In this document: piece after piece, positions 1-8,052 of the stretch | Position numbering within the stretch: position 1 is the first letter of the stretch | Layout: each line of letters starts with the position of its first letter | Position numbers and translations under genes: made by a program | Notes under the pieces: generated by a model | What the model was told of the DNA's origin: nothing | Seen by the model: only the letters and a program-made list of their open reading frames with translations | Databases searched by the model: none | Assembly: GCA_964519455.1 (NCBI GenBank) | Contig: CAZFIU010000005.1 | Coordinates: 3,749 to 67,748 of the forward strand | Direction of reading: 5' to 3' | DNA from: an uncultured Syntrophobacterales bacterium | GTDB taxonomy: Bacteria > Desulfobacterota > Binatia > UBA9968 > JAJDTQ01 | Length of the DNA stretch: 64,000 bases

Positions 1-1805
1 GTGACGCCGTTCACCACCAGCGTGGTCTCGCCCCCTTCGTTGCGAATCGCGCCCCCACGGAGGACCTCCGCCACCCGGCGCTCGTCGAGGTCCATCTCCA
101 CGCGCAGCTTGGGCGCACCGCCAGACGCGAGAATCGCGACCTGAGACGCCGCGCCGAGTGTCCCCTTCGGCCCGATGGCCACCTGGCCGCCACCCGCGAG
201 GAACACGCCCGCCGCGTTCTCGCCCGTACCGCCCGTGACGGGCGCGTTCACCACGACGCTCTGCTTGCGGTAGCCGTCCTCGCCCACGGGGGCGGCGAGC
301 GAGATGGTTCCGTCCTCCGCCAGGCGGCCCATCCGCACGCCACTCGCCCCGACGCCCGCGGCGTGGACGGACCCGCCCCCTATCATGATGTGGGCCGAAC
401 CCGAGCCCCCGTAGTCGCTCACGACGCCGTCCGCCTCCGCTCCCATCGTGGCGACGGAGGCGCCTCGGACATCGAGGCTCAAGCCGCCCGTACCTAGGTG
501 CTCCGCGTAGACGCCGTGGGCGTTCCCTCCCGTGGTGTCGATAGCGACGTCGTGAACTTCTAGGCCGATGTCGCCCTCGCCTTGATGTAGACTGTAGATG
601 CCATAGGCGTCATCTCCCGACGTGGTGATGGCGATGCCTTGCGCTGTGATGTTCACTTCGCCTGAGCCTAGATGCCAACCAAAGACGCCGTAGGCTCCGT
701 CTCCGGACGTGGTGATGTCGAGAGCCCGGGCGGTGAGCGCCACTTCGCCCTCGCCTTGATGCAGACCGGAGATGCCGTAGGCCCCGTCTCCGGACGTGGT
801 GATGTCGAGACCTTGGGTGGTCAGCGCCATTTCGCCCTTGCCTTGATGCCAACCGGAGATGCCGCCGGCGCTCTTTCCCGCCGTGTCGATGGCGAGGTCC
901 CGGGCAGTGAGGGCCAATTTGCCCTCGTTCAGATGATAGACGTAGATGCCGGCGGCGTTCTCTCCCGCCGTGTCGATGGCGAGGTCCCGGGCGGTGAGCG
1001 CCACATCACCCTTGCCTTGATGCCAACCGAGGATGCCGGCAGCGGCGAATCCGTCTGTGTCGATGGTGAGGTTCCGGGCGGTGAGCGCCACATCGCCCTT
1101 GCCTTGATGCCAACCGAGGATGCCGTTGGCCCCGAATCCGTCTGTGTCGATGGTGAGGTCCCGGGCGGTGAGCGCCACATCGCCCTCGCCTTCATGCCAA
1201 CCGCGGATGCCGTTGACCCCGAATCCGGCTGTGTCGATGCTCGCGTCTCGGACGACGATGTCGAGCGCGCCGGCGCTGCCTCCAGGACGAAAGCCGTGGA
1301 TCGCGTGGGAAAGCGATCCCATGGTTGTAAAGTCCCCGCCCGAAATCTCCATGCGCAACGCGCCCGACTTCCCGTAGTGGCCGGCGTAGAGGCCCTGCGC
1401 GTTCGAAGTCACGTCGGCGGAGGAGGAGAGCGAGACATCGCCCGTGTATTCCCCGAATTCCCCCGGCGCTATCCAGACCGCGCCGTTGGAGCGAGTGTCA
1501 TCGTCCGGGTGGACGTACACATCGCTGCCGGGGCGCTCGTGGTCGTAGGTGATCGAGAGGTCTTCGGTGAGGCGGATGCTGAAGTCGCCGCTCGTGTCGT
1601 CCTGGCCGTGCTCATCATGGCTGTAGAAGATATTGCCGTCCGCGGGATCGTACGTGGAAGGCGAGCAGACGACTTCCCCCTCCGGCAGGCCGCACTCGTT
1701 CTCCGCCCGCGACTCCGGGCCGGTGAGCATGCAGACGGCGGCCAGCGCGAGGGCGAAGGTCACGCCGCGGCTTTGTCTAAAATCCCAAGTAGAAACGAAG
1801 CGCAT
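1..1805 (-). CDS. autotransporter-family outer-membrane protein, N-terminal (passenger) part; C-terminus runs off the left edge
   Basis: The minus-strand frame is open from ATG 1805 to the window edge. It has no stop, so it is absent from the ORF track; the + ORF 672..1811 is its antisense shadow. The N-terminus MRFVSTWDFRQSRGVTFALALAAVCMLTG is a signal peptide homologous to that of gene 1936..4668. Bases 1-190 are near-identical to 2950-3140. Confidence 0.75.
   Translation of the reverse strand, partial: MRFVSTWDFRQSRGVTFALALAAVCMLTGPESRAENECGLPEGEVVCSPSTYDPADGNIFYSHDEHGQDDTSGDFSIRLTEDLSITYDHERPGSDVYVHPDDDTRSNGAVWIAPGEFGEYTGDVSLSSSADVTSNAQGLYAGHYGKSGALRMEISGGDFTTMGSLSHAIHGFRPGGSAGALDIVVRDASIDTAGFGVNGIRGWHEGEGDVALTARDLTIDTDGFGANGILGWHQGKGDVALTARNLTIDTDGFAAAGILGWHQGKGDVALTARDLAIDTAGENAAGIYVYHLNEGKLALTARDLAIDTAGKSAGGISGWHQGKGEMALTTQGLDITTSGDGAYGISGLHQGEGEVALTARALDITTSGDGAYGVFGWHLGSGEVNITAQGIAITTSGDDAYGIYSLHQGEGDIGLEVHDVAIDTTGGNAHGVYAEHLGTGGLSLDVRGASVATMGAEADGVVSDYGGSGSAHIMIGGGSVHAAGVGASGVRMGRLAEDGTISLAAPVGEDGYRKQSVVVNAPVTGGTGENAAGVFLAGGGQVAIGPKGTLGAASQVAILASGGAPKLRVEMDLDERRVAEVLRGGAIRNEGGETTLVVNGV
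555..1260 (-). repeat. in-frame tandem coding repeats of about 87 bp (29 aa) inside the autotransporter passenger
   Basis: The translated unit ..TxGxxAxGIxGWHxGxGxVALTARxLxID.. is seen about 8 times in the minus frame. Confidence 0.7.
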
Positions 1806-1870
1806 CCCTGATCCGTGTCTCTCCCATCGGGGCATCGGTACGTCCTTCCTGCAGGTGCCGTAGAATCCTA

Positions 1871-1920
1871 CGAATCGTCATTCCCGCGAAAGCGGGAATC
1901 CAGGGGTGGTGGCGTGGCGG
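1871..1920. repeat. family-A palindromic intergenic repeat, single hairpin copy
   Basis: The core GTCATTCCCGCGAAAGCGGGAATCCAGG contains a TTCCCGC/GCGGGAA stem with a GAAA loop. The same core recurs at 5937, 7811, 11114, 18357, 22592, 33321 and 53994. Confidence 0.85.
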
Positions 1921-1935
1921 CTCCAAACATTGAGG

Positions 1936-4668
1936 TTAGAACTTCCAGATGAAGTCGACGCGGCCTGAGTAGTCGGTGTCACCCGAACCCGGGCCGCCCG
2001 CCGCCACTTGCGCGCCGAGCGCGAACCGCCCTTTGCGCCAGCTCCCGCCCAGCCCGAGCAGAACGCGGGTTGCGGGGGCTTCGGATTCGAGAGTCTCCCC
2101 GGAAACGCTCGTGCTGGTTTCCGCGCCGCCCAGGGCGCGCTCGACATCCGCCGAGGCGCGCAGGGTGAGCGCCCCGCCCCCGAGGGTGCGCGCGGTCCCG
2201 GCGGAGAGTCCCACGCCGCCCGTGTACCGCGTGCTCTTGGAGAGGGAGACACGGGAGCCCAGCGCATCCGTGAACCCGCCGGCCGATATCGAACGGCTCG
2301 CTGCCCACGCCCGTGGCGTGAAGGTCATCTTCTCGCCGTAAGCGATGAGGCGGCCCGCCTCGAATCCCGCGTAGTGGCCGTTGGCATCGATGTCTCGGGC
2401 GAGGCCGCCGCGCTTCCGTGAGGAGACGTCCACGTCGTAGTCCATGAGCGCAAAGCGCCCGCGCCAGTAGTAGGCCCCCGGCCCGCTCCAGGAGAGGCCC
2501 ACGGCGCCGCCCATGCCCTTCGCGTCGATATCCCCCGCGCCGTAGGGCGATTTGACGTCGGCGGATCCCTTCGAGTGGCGCAGGGAGAACGAGCCGGCGA
2601 GGTTCCCGCCCAGGGAGAAGTCGATGCCCGCCTCGGCGGCGAAGCGGCGGAAGTCGTAGTTCGCGCCGGCGCTCGCGTGCCGGGGCTCGTACGAGCCACG
2701 CCCGCTCGATATCCTCGCCCACACGGGCGAGCCGGACTGCGCCACGCGCCTGCCGGAAGGTCTTCGGCCATCGAGCCTGAGCAAGAAACCGGGCAGAGCC
2801 TCGTACACGGCGGCGCGCGGAGCGTAGGTCTCGATGAAGTCCTGTGGTGTGAACGTCCGGCCCTGAACCGTCTCGCTCGCCGAGACGGTGAGGTCCCGCG
2901 CCCCTCTCGCCACGGTGGCGCCCGTGGCGCCCGTCGCGCCCTCGTGCAGCGTGACGCCGTTCACCACCAGCGTGGTCTCGCCCCCTTCGTTGCGAATCGC
3001 GCCCCCACGGAGGACCTCCGCCACCCGGCGCTCGTCGAGGTCCATCTCCACGCGCAGCCTGGGCGTGCCGCCGGACGCGAGAATCGCGACCTGAGACGCC
3101 GCGCCGAGTGCCCCCTTCGGCCCGATGGCCACCGTGCCGCCGCCCGCGAGGAACACGCCCGCGGCCAACTCGCCCGAGCCGCCCGTGACGGGCGCGTTCA
3201 CCGCAACGCGCTGCTGGCGGTAGCCATCCTCGCCCACGGGTGCGGCGAGCGAGACGGTTCCGTCCTCCGCCAGGCGGCCCATCCGCACGCCGCTCGCCCC
3301 GGCGCCCGCGGCGTGGATGGACCCGCCCTCTATCATGATATGGGCCGAACCCGACCCCTCACTCAGGACGCCGTCCGCCCCCGCGCCCGTCGTGGCGACG
3401 AAGGCGTCGTGAACTTCGAGGCCGATGGCACCCTCGCCTTGATGCACACCGTAGATGCCGTTGGCTTCGTCTCCCGCCGTGGTGATGGCGACGCCTTGCG
3501 CCGTGATGTTCACTTCGCCTGAGCCTTGATGCCAACCGTAGATGCCGTTGGCTTCGTCTCCCGCCGTGGTGATAGCGAGGTCCCGGGTAGTGAGCGCCAC
3601 TTCGCCCTCGCCTAGATGCAGACCGGAGATGCCGGCGGCCGCGTCTCCGGACATGGTGATGTCGAGACCTTGGGTGGTCAGCGCCACTTCGCCCTTGCCT
3701 TCATGCCAACCAATGACGCCGATGGCGTGCTCTCCCGCCGCGTTGATGGCGACGTCGCGAACTTCGAGGCTGATGTCGCCCTCGCCTTGATGCAGACTGG
3801 AGATGCCGGCGGCGCGGTCTCCCGCCGTGTCGATGGCGAGGTCCCGGGCGGTGAGCGCCACATCGCCCTTGCCTTCATGCCAACCGACGATGCCGGTAGC
3901 GGTGAATCCGGCCGTGTCGATGGTGAGGCCCCGGGCGGTCAGCGCCACATCGCCCCTGCCTTCATGCCGACCGACGATGCCGGTAGCGACGAATCCGGCC
4001 GTGTTGATGGTGAGGTCCCGGGCGGTCAACGCCAGTTCGCCCTCGCCCTGATGCTCACCGTAGATGCCGTAGGCGAAGTCTCCCGCCGTGTCGATGTTCG
4101 CGCCTCGGACGACGATGTCAAGTGCACCGGCGCTGCCTTCAGAACGAAAACCGTGGATCGCGTGGGAAAGCGATCCCATGGTTGTAAAGTCTCCGCCCGA
4201 AATTTCCATGCGCAGCGCGCCCGACTTCCCGTAGTGGCCGGCGAAGATGCCCCGCGCGTTCGAGGTCACGTCGGCGGAGGAGGAGAGCGAGATGTCCCCC
4301 GCATATTCCCCGAATTCCCCCGGCGCTATCCAGACCGCGCCGTTGAGGCGAGTGTCATCGTCTGGGTGGACGTACACGTCGTCGCCGGGACGCTCGCGGT
4401 CGTAGCGTATCGAGAGGTCTTCGGTGAGGCGGATGGTGAAGTCGCTGCTCGTCTCGTCCCTGCCGTGCTCGTCATGGCTGTAAAAGATATTGCCGTCCGC
4501 GGGATCGTACGTGGAGGGCGAGCAGACAACATCCTGTCCCGCTTGAGGCGGGCCGCACTCGCTCTCCGCCCGCGCCGCCTGGCCTGTGAGCATGCAGACG
4601 GCGGCCAGCGCGAGGGCGACGGTCACGCCGCGGCTTTGTCTAAAATCCCGGGTAGGAACGAAGTGCAT
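1936..4668 (-). CDS. autotransporter-family outer-membrane protein (signal peptide, repeat passenger, C-terminal beta-barrel)
   Basis: The ORF is 1936..4809. The likely true start is the in-frame ATG at 4668, giving MHFVPTRDFRQSRGVTVALALAAVCMLTGQAARA. About 9 tandem 29-aa units follow. The C-terminal region has an alternating pattern and ends GRVDFIWKF; a terminal aromatic is typical of OM barrels. Confidence 0.8.
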   Translation of the reverse strand: MHFVPTRDFRQSRGVTVALALAAVCMLTGQAARAESECGPPQAGQDVVCSPSTYDPADGNIFYSHDEHGRDETSSDFTIRLTEDLSIRYDRERPGDDVYVHPDDDTRLNGAVWIAPGEFGEYAGDISLSSSADVTSNARGIFAGHYGKSGALRMEISGGDFTTMGSLSHAIHGFRSEGSAGALDIVVRGANIDTAGDFAYGIYGEHQGEGELALTARDLTINTAGFVATGIVGRHEGRGDVALTARGLTIDTAGFTATGIVGWHEGKGDVALTARDLAIDTAGDRAAGISSLHQGEGDISLEVRDVAINAAGEHAIGVIGWHEGKGEVALTTQGLDITMSGDAAAGISGLHLGEGEVALTTRDLAITTAGDEANGIYGWHQGSGEVNITAQGVAITTAGDEANGIYGVHQGEGAIGLEVHDAFVATTGAGADGVLSEGSGSAHIMIEGGSIHAAGAGASGVRMGRLAEDGTVSLAAPVGEDGYRQQRVAVNAPVTGGSGELAAGVFLAGGGTVAIGPKGALGAASQVAILASGGTPRLRVEMDLDERRVAEVLRGGAIRNEGGETTLVVNGVTLHEGATGATGATVARGARDLTVSASETVQGRTFTPQDFIETYAPRAAVYEALPGFLLRLDGRRPSGRRVAQSGSPVWARISSGRGSYEPRHASAGANYDFRRFAAEAGIDFSLGGNLAGSFSLRHSKGSADVKSPYGAGDIDAKGMGGAVGLSWSGPGAYYWRGRFALMDYDVDVSSRKRGGLARDIDANGHYAGFEAGRLIAYGEKMTFTPRAWAASRSISAGGFTDALGSRVSLSKSTRYTGGVGLSAGTARTLGGGALTLRASADVERALGGAETSTSVSGETLESEAPATRVLLGLGGSWRKGRFALGAQVAAGGPGSGDTDYSGRVDFIWKF
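3410..4110 (-). repeat. in-frame tandem coding repeats of about 87 bp (29 aa) inside the autotransporter passenger
   Basis: Units such as TAGFVATGIVGRHEGRGDVALTARGLTID and TAGFTATGIVGWHEGKGDVALTARDLAID follow one another directly in the 957-aa ORF. Confidence 0.75.
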
Positions 4669-4817
4669 CCCTGATCCTTGTCTCCATCGGTGCATCGGTG
4701 CGTACTTCCATTCTGGCTGATGGTGAACCGGGTTTGTTGAGTACAATGGGATGGAAACAGCAAAATTGGCCGTGTAGCGCGTCTCCAGCCGAGTAGCTTC
4801 GTGGACCATTGGTCCTG

Positions 4818-5413
4818 CTAGAACTTCCAGCTCAAGTCGACGCGGCCGGAGTGTTCGGTGTCACCCGAACCCGGGCCGCCCGCCGCCACTTGCGCGCCGA
4901 GCGCGAACCGCCCTTTGCGCCAGCTCCCGCCCAGCCCGAGCAGAACGCGGGTTGCGGGGGCTTCGGATTCGAGAGTCTCCCCGGAAACGCTCGTGCTGGT
5001 TTCCGCGCCGCCCAGGGCGCGCTCGACATCCGCCGAGGCGCGCAGGGTGAGCGCCCCGCCCCCGAGGGTGCGCGCGGTCCCGGCGGAGAGTCCCACGCCG
5101 CCCGTGTACCGCGTGCTCTTGGAGAGGGAGACACGGGAGCCCAGCGCATCCGTGAACCCGCCGGCCGATATCGAGCGGCTCGCTGCCCACGCCCGGGGCG
5201 TGAACGTCATCTTCTCGCCGTAAGTGATGAGGCGGCCCGCCTCGAATCCCGCGTAGTGGCCGTTGGCATCGATGAGGAGCAGACGATCTCCACCCCCGCC
5301 TCGTGCGGGCCGCACTCGTTCTCGGCCCGCGTATCGGGGCCGGTGAGCATGCAGACGGCGGCCAGCCCAAGGGCGGCGGTCGCCTTCACGATGCCGCAGC
5401 GTGTTAGGGGCAT
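4818..5413 (-). pseudogene. autotransporter remnant: signal peptide fused out of frame to the last ~150 codons of the barrel, passenger deleted
   Basis: ATG 5413 gives MPLTRCGIVKATAALGLAAVCMLTGPDTRAENECGPHEAGVEIVCS. At 5274/5275 the sequence jumps into the ..IDANGHYAGFEAGRL.. barrel segment in another frame. 4818-5273 is near-identical to 1936-2385. Confidence 0.75.
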
Positions 5414-5900
5414 CCCGGGTGAATGTGCAATGCGGTTCCTGTCGCGCCCGGACGCGCGCCTGGATACAGCCATGACGTTCCTCCCAGCGTATTCCTGGTC
5501 CCTTGACCATCGGTGCATGGGTGCATCGGTGCGTCCTTCCAACCCTGCTGATTTTCTCTATTCCTGCTGATTTTCTCTATGTTGGCTGAGTTTCGCCAAC
5601 AGGCTAGCACGACGTACTCACCCTCGCCATCTTCCTCTCCGACGCCTGTGCAAGCCGCTGCCGCCGTGCGCAAAAAGGGCTTGCGACCATACACACACAA
5701 TGGTGGGGCGTGAATAACTCTTGGATTGGATGCGGGTATGTGAATTCGAAAAACGTCCGCCCTTCCGCGCCGCGCATGGCGCCGGTGCGGCCGTGGGCGA
5801 CCTGCTCGGCCAGATCGCGGGTCTGCGCGAGCGGATCTCTACGTTGAGCGTGGCGAGCCTTCGGATCGGCTCGAGCCTCGACCTCGACACGGTGCTCAAA

Positions 5901-5975
5901 TTCAGTTGGTTACAGAAGCCCGCTACAACCCGAAAAGTCATTCCCGCGAAAGCGGGAATCCAGGGGTGGAGGGGT
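5901..5975. repeat. family-A repeat (leader module plus hairpin core)
   Basis: ttcagttggttacagaagcccgctacaacccgaaaaGTCATTCCCGCGAAAGCGGGAATCCAGG parallels the module at 7775-7838. Confidence 0.8.
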
Positions 5976-6093
5976 GCGGCGTGCATCGCAGCAGCGCATG
6001 GGGTTCGGCTGCCCGAGCATGTCGCGTATGCATGGAGCGGGTGACGACGAGGAATTCATCGCGACCGCGGGCATTCTCTTGCTCGCCGGTCCA

Positions 6094-6867
6094 TCATCGT
6101 CCCTCGGCGATCAACAGGTAGCCTCGGTTCTCCACGGTATCGAAGGTGCGCATGGCCTTGATCAGATCGGCCGCGCTCACCCACACCCACGGGGCCCGGT
6201 TCGGGTTGACGTCCATGATCAGAAAGGAATCGCTCGCCTCATCATAGGCTCCGAGGGGGGAGATGTGCCCGCCGCCTTTCTGGCCCAGGGTCTTGCGGTG
6301 GTAGTTCACGAGCACGTAGTCACCGGGGGCGGCCAGGTTCTTCGCCAGCTCACGTTTGATCACGTCGTCGTTCGTCTCCTCATCGACCACGCGGACCCTC
6401 ACATCGAGTTCGTGGGCGCTCAGGGCCTGGGCCAGTTGCCGGAGTTGCAGGCCAAAGTCCTTCTTCATGGCCCCCTGGATCTCGATGGGCTTGCCCAGCA
6501 CCTCGATCTTGGTCTTGGTCCGGTCGGTGAGGACGTTGTTCGGCGTGTACTTCCCGAAGAAGGGGTTGAACCCCTGGGGGAGCCAAGCGCGTTCATCCTC
6601 CGCGATGGAGTGGGTGTCCTGGGGGAGCCCCTTCTTCTTGCCCAGCCTCAGCGCGTTCAAGACGATGGCCGAAGAGACAGGCCCGCAGAAGATCTTGTTG
6701 TCCTGGCTGATGAAGTGGTTGCTCAGCCGGAAGAAGTCCGCCTTGTGGGCGGAGCGCGACAGGCGCACGGAGCTCTCTTCGGACTCCCACTCGACCAGAC
6801 CGGCCGCGGCGCCGGCATGGCCCAGGAGAAGGCCCACCAGAAGCAGTACAGTCGGAACGTGTCTCAT
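6094..6867 (-). CDS. secreted phytochelatin synthase-like (papain-fold gamma-glutamylcysteine transpeptidase-like) protein
   Basis: It has a signal peptide MRHVPTVLLLVGLLLGHAGAAAG. The motif FCGPVSSAIVLNAL supplies the catalytic Cys context, GGGHISPLGAYD the His, and FLIMDV the Asp. This matches my memory of bacterial PCS-like proteins (Pfam Phytochelatin family). Confidence 0.7.
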   Translation of the reverse strand: MRHVPTVLLLVGLLLGHAGAAAGLVEWESEESSVRLSRSAHKADFFRLSNHFISQDNKIFCGPVSSAIVLNALRLGKKKGLPQDTHSIAEDERAWLPQGFNPFFGKYTPNNVLTDRTKTKIEVLGKPIEIQGAMKKDFGLQLRQLAQALSAHELDVRVRVVDEETNDDVIKRELAKNLAAPGDYVLVNYHRKTLGQKGGGHISPLGAYDEASDSFLIMDVNPNRAPWVWVSAADLIKAMRTFDTVENRGYLLIAEGR

Positions 6868-6895
6868 GGGACCTCCTTGGGCACGCTGGCATGGG

Positions 6896-7681
6896 TCACG
6901 ACATCAACCGCCCGCCTGACACGTTCAACGCCTCACCCGTGGTATGCGACGAATCGCTCGACGCCAGGAACAGGGCGGCGTTGGCCACCTCTTCGTGCAG
7001 TGCGTGTTTCCGGAGCGGGGTCTGCTTCAGGACGCTCTCCCACAACTCCTCGAAGGACACGCCCAGGCCTTCCGCCCGGTCGCGGTACATCTCGCGCAGG
7101 TCGGCTTCGTCCATGCCCCCGGGGCAGATGACGTTGGCGCGCACGCCCGAGGGGCCGGCTTCCTTGGCGATGGTCTGAGTGAGACCCAGGAGGCCCCACT
7201 TGGCGGCGCACAGGGAGCCGCGCAGCGCCATGCCCTCGCGGCCGGCGGTGCCGGAGATGCTGACGATGCTGCCGTGCTTCTGCTCGATCATCACGGGCAG
7301 AGCGGCCTTGCAGCAGAGGAAGATGGCCTTGAGGTTGACGTTGAGGACGTTGTCCCATTCCTCTTCGGTGATCTCGTGTACCTCGACCATGGGACCGCGG
7401 AAGCCGACGCTGTTGACGAGGATGTCCAGCCGGCCCCAGCGCGCCACCACGTCCGCCACCATCCGCTCGACCTGCCCCAGGTCGGTGGCGTCGGCGGTCA
7501 TGGCCACCGCCTCGCCGTGGTTTTCCCGGATGGATTGAGCGACGGCGTCCAACTCGGTTTTCGTCCTTTGCAGGTCCACGAGGGCGATCTTCGCGCCCTC
7601 GCCGGCGAAGGTGCGGGCGATGCCTTCGCCGATGCCGCGGGCACCGCCGACGATGACTGCTACTTGGTTTGCCAGTTTCAT
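6896..7681 (-). CDS. short-chain dehydrogenase/reductase family protein (atypical active site)
   Basis: The protein is 261 aa. It has the N-terminal dinucleotide motif VGGARGIG and NVNLKA, and SISGTAG supplies the Ser. The YxxxK position reads LCAAK, and PGG follows downstream. Confidence 0.85.
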   Translation of the reverse strand: MKLANQVAVIVGGARGIGEGIARTFAGEGAKIALVDLQRTKTELDAVAQSIRENHGEAVAMTADATDLGQVERMVADVVARWGRLDILVNSVGFRGPMVEVHEITEEEWDNVLNVNLKAIFLCCKAALPVMIEQKHGSIVSISGTAGREGMALRGSLCAAKWGLLGLTQTIAKEAGPSGVRANVICPGGMDEADLREMYRDRAEGLGVSFEELWESVLKQTPLRKHALHEEVANAALFLASSDSSHTTGEALNVSGGRLMS

Positions 7682-7742
7682 GGGTTCCTCCCAGCCTTGT
7701 TGCGGTGATTGTCGAGGGACATACGCCCCGCCCCGAAAGGTT

Positions 7743-7975
7743 ATTGATATGAAAACAAAATCTTGTTCAATGATTTCTGGTAGTTACGGAATCCCGCTAC
7801 ACCCCAATGAGTCATTCCCGCGGAAGCGGGAATCCAGGGGTGAGGAGGGGCAAGACGGGCGTTCCCCCGCCTCACCCAGCCTGGATTCCCGCTTTCGCGG
7901 GAATGACTCATTGGGGCGTCGGTGCCAGTTCTTGTCCGGGCGATGTTGTGACACAGTCTGTTCCGGGGGAATGAC
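7743..7975. repeat. family-A composite repeat: AT-rich module, inverted pair of hairpin cores, tail unit
   Basis: The order is attgatatgaaaacaaaatcttgttcaatgatttctggtagttacgg, then GTCATTCCCGCGGAAGCGGGAATCCAGG, a centre, CCTGGATTCCCGCTTTCGCGGGAATGAC, and a unit ending GGGGGAATGAC. Confidence 0.85.
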
Positions 7976-8052
7976 GAAAGTGTGCGGTTTGGCGCTTTCT
8001 CCACTCCAACGACGGGTTCAGGCGTGAAAGTACCACCCCCGTCGCGAATGCA

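Noticed and set aside
672-1811. A plus-strand 379-aa ORF, and its twin at 3616..4674.
   Set aside because: They are antisense shadows of the autotransporter genes. The minus frame carries the signal peptide, the repeat units and the barrel.
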